A stretch of DNA of 64,000 nucleotides from Podarcis liolepis (Eukaryota), in the NCBI GenBank assembly GCA_965112155.1, contig OZ218100.1. The stretch is one strand, 5' to 3'. Within the stretch, counting starts at the first letter, position 1, and every line of letters starts with the position of its first letter. The notes below the pieces were generated by a model. That model did not search any database. It was not told where the DNA came from and was given only the letters and a program-made list of their open reading frames with translations. Below, one piece after another: positions 26,015 to 38,000 of this stretch. A program made the translations under genes and the position numbers.

Positions 26015-29000
26015 TGTTGTTAGAACAAATAATAGCTTGAATTGGAAGTGACTATTTTCCAGAAAAAAGATTATCTTTTCAATAAAGTGAGATTTCATTA
26101 GCATGCTGCATTTCTCTAACCAAATGGTCAAAATGAATCTGGAATGAGAAGATCATGGCTGCATCTAGGCACTACTGATTGCCCAATTTAGCATAAAGGC
26201 AAGAAACAGTAGAAGAAAAAATATACAGTCATACTGCAGTATGTCAGTTGTTGTTTGGATTCTGCTGCTGACCCCACCAGTCCTCACATCTACAGATTGT
26301 TCAGCAGTCAGTTGTGCTGAACCAGCATACGTGTTGGTTGAAAAGCCTTCTAGAATCACTGTCTGCAGCTGTTAAGAATGGTCATTTAAGATAGGTTTAA
26401 GATTTACTAGACAAAAATGAAATGTAATAGTAATAGATTCAGCAATCATTTGACAAACCGACTCATCAAAACAATTTTAGACTGTGTTCCCACATCCCAT
26501 TTAACTTGCGTGCATTCAGCCAGCTTTACGTGCATGGCAAAAAATTAAACAAAATGAAAGGGAACAGTGTTCTGGGGGAAAACACTGGCGATCACACCTG
26601 CCATTGAACACAACATGATTTTGGCTTTAGGTCAATGTAACGCCCGTGTAAGTTGCAGGCTTACTGTATGTTCCTTTAGAAATTCTATTCTGAATAATAA
26701 AAGGCATATTGGGAATCTATGGATTCATATATATTGCAGGTTACGTGTGTGTGAGTGGGCACATGGTTGCACAGATACAATTTCTGGTCCGTCCGTCCCC
26801 GAAATTAGTCTTCAAAACCATTCTGTTGTTGGGGTGAGCCTGGTTGCGGTATATGTGTCATCCCATGACAGTTTTTCTGGTTTGCAACTGTGTTCATGGG
26901 TGCAAAAAAAATGGTGGCCCCTGCTGTATATAATGAGAGGCAGGAAATTGTTATGCTTTTGAAATATACTTCTGACATACATTTTTCATAGACCAAGTTT
27001 TATGCTAAAATTAACAGTGCAACAATGGAATAGGGGCAGCAATATTGACTGAAAACTCCTAGAAAGCAATCATCTTGATGATTTACAAAACAAATCAGAC
27101 TTGATTCAGAAAGTTTCTTCCTACCAGCTATAAAGATATATAACTTCTTCAGAATAATTGGCTGTACCACATGGTGCATTGGGTGGTATGAGCTATTTGC
27201 AGGGCTGGGCTACAGTAATAAAATGCATACTCATGCCTTTATTGGCTAAAGGTGTAGTTCAACAGGCACTCCTTCCATACAAAGCCCCTGTTCGTTTTAG
27301 TGTGCTGTAAAATGACAGTGATTTGTGGTTGCAACTTCAGCATGTTCTGCATAATATATCTATGCAAACCTAAGGGGCAGCTTTAAGTGGCTTAATGGTT
27401 TGCATGGACAACTTGAATGTGTGGTAATGTGTCAGTAAGATTTGAAAGCATGCCAAGCACTTGCAGGCTGTATAGCCTTAACCTGACCCCATTTTCATAA
27501 TACTAAAGTGTGACTTGTAAACTGTTTTAATGGATGTATTTTTTGAAGCTAAATACACTAAATGTATTTCAGCATTTCCCAAGATTAGGTAAGATATATC
27601 TCTTTTACAAATTAATTTCTTATTGTTTGTTCCCTCTGCTTTAACAGGCATTTTCAGGAAACAACCAAAATAAAATTAATCCTAGACCTGGAAAGGTGAG
27701 GTGATCCCCACCCCATTGATTACTGTTTTCCTTTATTTTTCCTTGTTGGATTAAAAAAAACCTGAAGTTTTTCCCCTATAAATACAGGTCGTTATCTGCA
27801 GTAAATCAGACCCTTTCGAAAATGCTATTGAAGTTTTTCATGATATGGAGGACTGCACCGCTTGGGTACTGTCACCTGCAATTCTAGTTAAAGTCGTCAG
27901 AGGATGGTAAGAATAAAATGCTCGCCCTACAGCTAGTTCTAAATTCAGTCTGCATGTTCCCATTCTGCTTTAACATACTTTATTCACTCCTTGACTGTAT
28001 GCTTCTAAACTCAGTTTGGTCTCATGCCTTTTTCCTTAGCCTAGCTTGAGTAAACTAGTTTTCACTAGTTTATTCTCATGTGTGTTGAGGCATGTTTTGA
28101 ACTGTTCCAGCGTGTCTGATTTTTGATCTGATGCATGTAGAAGCTTATTGTTAAATTTGCTCATGTGTTCCTATTTTCCTTCTTTGATGTTCTAAAAAGC
28201 TTTTCCTGTGACCTTAAGTAACTTCTAATGTTATACTACGTTGCCTTAATTCTCTTGAAAGATTACTGTTAGGGATCTTTTAAAAACACTTCCTGAAGCT
28301 TTGATTTAAAAACATCAAACAAATTTACATTGCTGGATTATCAAGTGATAAACTGTTTCACTTGGCAGAATTCCTGCAGCTTCCAGTGTGCTGCTGAAAC
28401 CAAAGGCATACAGAATGAAACTGATAAAGTTTAGGGATTTCATGGGGTCATCAGAGTTTGCTAGTCAAAGCAAAAGAGGTTGGTTTCAATGCAGGAACGC
28501 ATGTCTGTAATTATCTAGTTGTCGTTTAATACTAGTCTTTTACCAAACAGCAAACAAATACCACGCTCTATGCAATAAAAGAAACATAGTTCTTTGTGCC
28601 CATTAGCTATATCTACAATTGTTTTAAAAAATACATTTATTATATGCCATTTTTTCACAATATGCCCAAGCAGATATATAACAAGATGGAAATGTCAAAA
28701 TAAAAATAATTATGTTTCAGTTTAGCTGTCTGAAAAGCTTGTATTTTATTTATTTGTTGTGATTTGGTTTGTGGAGAGTTGTGGCATAGAGCATGTGACT
28801 CAACACCCTAGTATTAATCAATTAGTTTGATAGTCCTGCACTGTTTAGTTACTTGCTTTGTTCCATTGTGGTAGGCTGCTTCATCTGCTTTGTTCAGCCA
28901 TTTTGTTTGATTCATCCAATGCGAAACTTGCAAAACCAGAATTAATTTTATGTTGTTCAGATTTCCAACTTAAATTGATGTTAATTGCAAATTGTTGGTA

Positions 29001-32000
29001 TGTCTTAGTCATCTTAATACAGTTACATGGCACACACTTTCCTCTATCCTACATGCAGAGGCTTCACACATACCGTTATCCAAATGTCCATTTCTTTCCA
29101 GAGTCCCAGCACACATCATTCTCATGCTTTTTATGGGATTACCATGCACGCTTAGGTGTTGTATGGGAGAGCCTAACATTAAATATGAATCAATGTCTTC
29201 TTTTCTCATGCCTTTTAAAGTTCCTGCCTTTCTTCATCCTCCTCCTTGACTTGTAATTCTTTCCAGCTCCTTACTTTCTTTCACCTCCTCAATGTTTCCT
29301 GTCTTTGACTTTCTTTATTAGCTGTTCAGCTTTTGAAATAGCTTCGAGTCTTGACTCCACTGTTTTGACCTGCCGTTTGGATTTGGCTGAAGCTCTGTAC
29401 TTTCAACACCTGATATCTGGTTTGGTCTGACTTCTAGCTCTATGCTAAATTATCTTTGGATCTCTGTTTCCTGGTTTCCCACTTGGCTATTTTCTTGATG
29501 TCCATTCTGACTTTGATCTTTTGAGGTAGACACCACCCTCTCCAAAGTCTTGACAACATCTCTCCACTTAGTGACAGGTGCTCCAGGTGAAGTATGTTCA
29601 TATTCTTATTTTGGAAATACTGGGTTATATAACTCTGTGTTCTTTCTTCTGATCTTCTCACTCATCTTGCTCACAGGAAAGTAGATGGCTTGTTACAACA
29701 GACCATTATTTCACCATTGCTGCCCTAGTATTTGAAGGCATTGCTCTTTCCCTATGGTTATTTCTTTCATTGCATGTTAATCATCTTTCTGTGTTGCACT
29801 AACATTCTTGATTATAAGTAAGACATTGCTATTTATTGCATCTAGTTTTCCGCTATATAGTTGTATAGTTAAACCCCTACTGTGATAACATTATATACTG
29901 GCATTTCTCAGTATGGCCAATCCATTACAGTGGTACCTCAGGTTACATACGTTTCAGGTTACATATGCTTCAGGTTACAGACTCCGCTAACCCAGAAATA
30001 TTACCTCGGGTTAAGAACTTTGTGTGGATGAAAACAGAAATCATGCTCCGGCAGCGCAGCGGCAGCAGGAGGCCCCATTAGCTAAATGGTGCTTCAAGTT
30101 AAGAACAGTTTCAGGTTAAGAACAGACCTCCAGAATGAATTAAGTACTTAACCCGAGGTACCACTGTACTTGTATTTGTCACCTCTAAATGCTCTACTAT
30201 GAGTACCCCAGTTTATATTGACCTTAAACCATTCTCTTTACAGTTTTTGTTAATGTGAGAGTAATGGTAAACTAAATGCTTTAACTCAAAATAAATTTGT
30301 AAATAAACTGATTTGCATGAAAGAAAATGAATGATTCAATGTTTGATTTGGTGTTTTAATTTATAGTTGGATTCTATATGAGAAGCCAAACTTTGAAGGG
30401 CCCTCTATTCCTCTGGAGGAAGGAGAAATTGAATTTACAAACCTTTGGGGTGAAGAACCACTCGATAACAAAGATGAATGCAAATGTCCCGAGCCTGCAG
30501 TGATTGGTTCAATGAGGCATGTAGTAAAGGCAAGTATGGATATGAGTAGACTATAGATTACGGCTTAAACTTTGTAGACTATGGGTGATTTGTCTGACAT
30601 GGTAGACCAAACTATGGCTTACCAAGTCTGTACAAATATGTGGGCTCCGGGAGAGGAGAGGAGCTTGCAGCCACTTTACTCCTTCCTGGTTCTTTTGGGT
30701 GGTGCCAATTGCATAGGCCCATTCCAAGCAGTCAGGATGCCTCTATGATTGGCCCCTCCCAGTTTCAACATGGCAGCAGTATAGATTAGCAACTTGCTAC
30801 AAGGGTGCTCTCCTGTAAATGCTAAAGGGGCACCACAAGTATGTTTTGTCTTTCCCTTTGCTGCACAGAATAGACTCAGTCCTAATTTTATAATTTATCA
30901 TTCTCTCTTCATAATTTTGCCAGGATTATAGCATTTGCCGAATTGACCTGTTTACAGAACCAGAAGGGCTGGGTCTTGTAAATTCATACTTTGACGACAC
31001 GGAAGAAACTCGATTTGGTTCTGCACAGAAAACATGTTCTATCAAAGTGCATCGGGGCATGTAAGTATATAGATATGCATCCTTAAAAAAAGGTACTAGT
31101 TTATAGTAGATATCAAATGCCCAGATTTGGAAATGATACATTTATGCATGAGGTTATACATATATTTTTTTGTTCTGTTGTGTAGTGAGTGATGATCATA
31201 TAAGGCATTGGTTTTCAACCAGTGTGCCATAGCACCTTGAGGTGCCTTGAATGAGTCAGGGGTGCTGTGGGCAACACTGGCCTCTGTCCCTCTTTCCTTT
31301 CCTCCCTCCTCTGATGCCCTCTTGCATCTCTGCCTTCCAGAGGCTTGCACAGCCGTTTGTTGCAGCAGCCCTGGCTACAAGCTCCCTAGTCGAATGGTGC
31401 CTCTGGGCCTGGCCAGGGGGTGCTTCCCAGGCCCCTGTGGGGCAGTGTGAGGAGGAACCTCTCTTTGGGGTGGGGTGGGGCAACTCAGGGATCAGGGCTG
31501 GTGGCAGCAGCTGCCCGGAGAACTCCCAAGGGGGTGAGGTGAGGAGAGGAGAGGAGGCTGACAGAACACTTCCCAAGGGAGGGCATTTGAAAAAGGGTGA
31601 GAGGCTACCAGCTCTGCAGGCAAGGTGTGATATAACTGGGCTCCTGAGCCCCACAGGGGTGCCATAGAAAGAATGTAGTTGGTCAAGGGACTCATGGACT
31701 CAAAAAGGTTGGAAACCTCTGATAAAAGGTATGATTCACTGATAAACATTTAGTGAAGCAAATATAATATAAAAATTAATATACAAATACTTAACATATC
31801 TACATATTTATACCCTTGTCATCTTGTAATGCATCATTAGTTCTACCTGAGAGCAGGAAGACATTCAATTAAACCAGGGATTCTGGGCTGCAACAAATAT
31901 GACTGTCTTCTAAATTATTTTTACTCATTTTTGTTGAATAATGGAAAAGATTGCTGTCTGTTAAGTGCATTGGTGATTCAAAATAAATCATTAGTACATA

Positions 32001-35000
32001 TCCCAGGATTGTATTAAATCGTTAAACTGAGATATAGGTGCTGACTAAATGTCAGTGATGAAACTGCCAAGGTACTTTTCAGAATGGGTGAGAGTGATAC
32101 AAAAGTCATACTAAAAGAAGGGGGGATTAAATGAAAGGATTTCAATTGAGAATCAGTATCTGTTATAGTTTGATTATTTACCCCCACCCTACCATGTGGC
32201 ATTCTGGTAGACTGTAATAGTGAACCTTGGGAGTTGGTTTGTAAGTGTCATACAACTGTGTAAGTGGCTTTATCTTGATAATTAATGGAGTCACCAGTAC
32301 TGATTTCATTAAGTGTTGTATCATAGCGTCATTATAAACACTGAGAATGAATCACAAGCATTGTCAGCTGTAGTGGCATACACTGTTATACATCTGTCAA
32401 CATGTCTGAATTAGAAGTATGTATTAAGAAAAATAAGTACACTACAGTCATTTTAGGAGATTATTTATGAGCTTTGAAGTCAATGCTATCTTTCAGTAAT
32501 GATGATTAATTGCTGCAGAATGTAAATGATGGTGAACAGAAGTTAAAAGTTGGCTATGTATGTATGTATATGCCACAGTGAATACCTGAAATTTAGTGAA
32601 TGCTTATAACCACTATATATTTACCCTTCAGTTATATTTTACCCTGATCAGTAATACAAAAAATATTTTATTTTACTGTTTATTCTACCCTGTTGTCTTA
32701 ACAGTGGTTTAAAAGGGGCTCTTTGTCATCTCCCTTCTGGGAAATAGCTAGGATGAGGTGTCTTTAGCTTTAATAATGTAATAGCATCATGTTTTATCGC
32801 AGCATTGTCTGGACCTTTTTTCCCTTGTCGTTTTCAATTTGTAGATGGCTACTTTATGAAGAACCTGGTTTCCAGGGAATCCCTTTAATGCTGGAACCTG
32901 GAGAATATCCTAATCTATCCTTTTGGGATAAGAAAGAAGCATATGTTAGGTCCATGAGGCCCTTGAAAATGGTAAGATAATGATATGAAGACTACAGGGA
33001 TGGTAGAACAGCTGTAACTTTATAGTGTCCCATAAAAGGGCTTCTTCCATTGGAGGAAAGAAACCTTTGTTACATTTTTGCATACTTCAGAGTGTAAGAG
33101 GCGGCCTGCTGCATCAGGCCAATGGCCCATCTAGCCCAGCATTTTGTGGTCATAGTGGCCAACTAGATGCCTATAGGAAGCCTGTGAGCAAGGCAGGCTA
33201 TTTCCATCTTGAACTGTTTCTAGTAATTGAAATCTTTTAATAGCTGCCTCGTATTTAATGGTTTTTTTGTTGTTTTTAAATCTAATTTGGCTGAATTTAA
33301 AAGGAGCATTTTTATTTTTATTCCAACAGATGGCACATTTAACTTTCAGACTTTAGAAAGTGAATAATAGCTGTTGAATCATGCTTTTAACTTCTTTAAC
33401 AAAATTAAAATTCAATGACATTTCAATTACCTTTCTTCCCTGCCCCTTCAATATTTGCAGGGTGGACGCAAAGTTGAATTTCCTGAAAGCCCAAAGGTAA
33501 AAATATTGTAATATGAATTTCCTATATAATAAAGTGTAATAATAAAAGTGTATCCCTTGAGCTATATACAGTTGTACCTTGTTTTGCGACCGGGATCCGT
33601 TCTGGAGCCCCAGACTCTAGATGAAAAGGACGCATGACAAAGTGCCGCTCTGCACACACAAGCAGAGCAGTTTGCACTTCTGCGCATGCGTGAGTGGCAA
33701 ACCCGGAAGTAACCTGTTCTGGTACTTCTGGATTTGCTGCGGACGTTCAACGAAATGGACGCTCGACGAGGCTGACTCAAAACGAGGTACCACTGTATAC
33801 TAATGTTGTTGTACTCTCTTTCTGGTGTAAGTAACAAGCTTACTGCTTTATCAGTCATTCTCCCCTTAAAGCTTTCTGGATTCAGTCATGTTTAGAGTAC
33901 ATTTATTAAAATCAATGGGACTTAAGTCACAAGTAACTTTGGTCAGATTGATTTCAGTTGGTTTTCTCTCTTGTACACATGACTTGGCAGGTCAGTCCAA
34001 CTCCTTAGTTGCTGCCAGGATGCTGTGGAGCAATGAAGCCTCCACCACATCCTGGTCACTCATGTCAATAGTGGAAGGTGGCGGTGGTGGTCAGGCACCA
34101 GGCCTGATCCCAGTGCCAGTTCTAGGCTGGACCCAATGTTGCCATCTATGAGACTGGCTCAGATTCCAGCAGATCCCAATCCTCTCAGCTCTGCCTCCTC
34201 CCATCTGAAGGAAACCTGTGAGCGTTCTACTGCATATTTGGCAGCCAGCAGGCACAGGTCAAATGACACTTCTGCTCAGTACAAACCCCCACAGCCCAGC
34301 ATAAGGGGGTTTGTGTTGCATCCTAAGTCTGGATCTGACTGCTGCTTAAAGGCAAGTAATGGGGTTATCAGTTGAATCTCTTGGGGAAAGGGATTCACCT
34401 GAGCCTAAGAGTGGGTTGTGAGAAATTTCTATCTTATGTAGCAATGGTATTGGGGGTTTTTTAAGCCCCAATTTAAATAATGTATAAAGAATACTAAGGC
34501 TGAAATCCTACTTACTTAGAGGTAAGCCTTGTTGTATTCAGTAAGGCTAACTGAATAGGCAATGATTAGGATTGTGATGTTAGATAATAGATGTGAAAGC
34601 ATACTGAGGTCTTGGAAAAGGCACAATATTAAATATTATTTACCATCTCCCTCCTTTTGCTAAAGGTCATTATATACGAAAAGCCATTCTTTGAAGGAAA
34701 ACATGTAGAGCTTGATTCAGAATTAGTAGCTCTTGCTGTGGAAGGAAATGAAAAAGAAGAATCAGCAGAGCTGGAAACAGGAACACTCACATCAATAGGA
34801 TCCATAAAAGTGAAGGGAGGAATGTAAGTATTGCCTGGAGCAGGTGACTTTTCAGCAGGCAGCTACTATAGTGTAGAGACTGTATTGTGTAACAAGAAGT
34901 TGACTAGACTGTCCATGTCCACAGCATATGCCTCCTATGAAGGATCATAATGAATGAGTCTAGGGTCCTGCAGCATGTATGCACAATGAGACAGACAGAC

Positions 35001-38000
35001 AGACAGACAGACAGAGGAACGAGGGATGTGGTTCTATTACATTACAGGAAACACAATGGTCACTTCATATATGATACCTGCTAATTTCCAGAGTGTATGA
35101 AGCAGCCATAATACTTGTGTGATATGCATGTTTGTGATAAGATGTTCCTTTGTCCCCATTAATTTACTCTTGAAAAGTGTTGAAACATTAGCTAGCAAAC
35201 CTTTTTAATGCTGTGTTGATGCTGTGATGTATAATGCAATCCTTCTGAGATCAGTAGGTAAGGATATAAATATAAATGCCACATGATGCTTAATTTTAGA
35301 GATGTTGCTTGACTTCTGGAAGATGTATCTGGCTTTAGTTTGTTACTGCTGTAACAGCAAACCTGCTTATCCTGGGAGTAAGCCCCCTTAACACAAAATG
35401 GCTTATTTCTGAATAGGCATGTATAAGATTGCACTGTTGGTCCACATAGTTCTTTCCCAAAATGTGAGGTATTAAATTGGATTAAATGTGGCTAAGTTGG
35501 TCATGTGTTTAAAGATCTCCCATTGAAATTGTGGGTCCTGTCCCTTATTTCATTTGCAGTTTTTATAACAATTTATTTTAATTACCATTTTTGCTGTTCA
35601 TCTCGTTATTTTATTTTTTGCCGTTAATGCAATAAGATCACATGTTTTGTACATACATTCTTTTGTTCACACGTTAAACTACTACTTTTTCAAAAATTTT
35701 GTTTACCCTTTTTAGTTGGGTTGCTTATGAGAAGCCAGAGTTTGCAGGGCATCAGTATTTGCTGGAAGAAGGAGAATACCAGGAATGGATGGACTGGGGT
35801 GGTTATGATGAGCAGGTGCAGTCGCTGAGGCCTGTTCTAGGGGTAAGTTTAAAAATGATGAAAACAAGTGTAGACTGAGGAAAACACATAATAACGTTTG
35901 TGGTTCGCTCTGTTTTGCTTCATCCCACTGTCTTTGTTTGCATGGAGGGGGGGATTGAGAGTGGGAAGACGTTTTGCCCTTCTCATAAAATTCCATTCAA
36001 TCCCCCCCCCCATGCTCCCCCATATCCAGTATGTGGGGTGGGTGGGTGAGTGCAAAAGAGGGAGGGAAACAGAAACCTGGTGGATCACAAACAGCAGGCC
36101 TAATTTGGACGTGCATCCAAATATGGAATGTACAGGCATGCATACAAAGGAGATGTTGGTTTGAATGTGTTTTTGAGTATGTATTCCATTGAAAGAACTG
36201 CTGCTTGACTAGACTGTATAGTAGACAGAAGCTTTCCTGGGGCTGCTGCCTGATAATGTGCAAGTTTGGGCAAACATTGTCAGCCTGCCCAATGCCAGAA
36301 ATCAGCTATATAGCTACAGCAGCAGATGCCAGAGAAAAGAGGAAGACAGGGTGGATCAGAGAAGACGGAGGAGTGCCAGGGATTTCAACCTCTCTTGTTT
36401 TCTCTGGAGGAGGAGAAAAGTAGGCAGGCACCCATCCTGGTGGCTAAGGGGAGAAACAAGAGCAAGTCAGCCTCTAATCTGAAGGCCAGGAAGGAATCTG
36501 GGAAAGAGAGGCATGGTTATTTGTGGCCTTGCTTGGCCCAGCTTGACCAGTACAGAGTGCTTTCATTTGGACTTCCTTTATTTCTGTTCTCACATTAAAG
36601 CTGGCCTGTATTCATCAACATAACTCTGAACACAGGACAACAGTTCCAGCATAGTGTTGTCTGTTGCTAGATGGAACCAGCAGGTTAAAGACAGAAGCAG
36701 TGCAATGCTTACAAGAAACTGCATCAGCGTTTTGATACACACTTCAGTGTATACCCATATTTAAAGTGCTTTAAAGTTTAAGCCGGCGTCTGCCCTTGCA
36801 ATTTAAAGATGTGGAGCACCAATTCTGCAAGGCCACTTCTTTCCCCTGCCACCGCATATTGTTTTAACTATGCAAGGCATCTTTTCTCCTTCCAATTTAA
36901 ATAAATCTTTTGAGTTTTGGAGTGGACTTCAGAGGAAGTATGTCTTTTACAGTGTAGGGCAGGGGTGGGAAACCTTAATGCACCCAACATCTGCACCCAA
37001 AACACCTGCTTAGAGTTATATTCTTCTATCACAGAGACTGTATTTCTTTTGCCTTGATGGCTTTCTGTTGTTTTCTTTCTTTCCACAGAGTTTTATGCAA
37101 CCTCACATGATAATGTATGCTGAAAAAGACTTTGGGACTAAAAGTTCCAATATAAGCGTTTCAGGAATTGTTTCCCATTTAAAGGATACTGGCTACGGAC
37201 TAAGGACTCAATCCATAAATGTGTTAAGTGGAGTGTAAGTCAGATGTGTAGCTTCATTTTCATTTCAAATGGTTAATTTGCTGTAAAGACATAAGTACAA
37301 GGAAAAGAGGCCTGAATCAGTAACTCGGTATTACTTCTTTGTTGTCTTTGTATGTGTTTCCTGTTGTTATAGCTGTTAATAGTGTTGTGTTGCAGAAAGG
37401 ATAATCTGTACTGTTCCTACCATGCCGATTAGTCTTCTAGATTAGGTGTATGAAATGAGAGCAACATAGCAATCTTCATCCAGCACCTATGGTCGTGTGT
37501 CTGTTGCTCCTAGAAGTAATTGAGTACTACTAAACAGATATTTTCATCAGAACATGCATTGAGGGTGTACTAGTTCAAGACAGCCTTGGCAAGCCATGGT
37601 TTATGAAGTTGAGGGTGCGTGACACCCATCCTTTCACATACCAGCTGAACATTTGCAGCATAGCCTTAGTGTTTGCAGCACTAGAAGCCTGATACATTTA
37701 TTTGTCCAAGAGACTGGCCAAGCCTGCTTTATTTTCAAAATTTCTATTGCATGTGATGTTCAAGTATAAACATGTCCCATTTGAGTTTGATCTTCATGGT
37801 TAACATACTGTTCATCCCTCCGTCACTTTGACTAAGCAGTTTACAGAGCATGTTGGGTGTGTGTTTAAGGCATATGCCTCAAATGATTAATCAACAGTGT
37901 GTTGATGGATCTGTTAAACATGAGTCAGAATAAAAGAAAATGGTAAACTTTTAAAATGTGACACTTCAATGGGCAAAACATACAGTACTTTCATGCTAGG

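Noticed and set aside
24166-27657. Alternative downstream AG acceptors (24170, 25703, 27657)
   Set aside because: They are 5 or 10 nt downstream of the used sites, and each alone would frameshift the conserved protein
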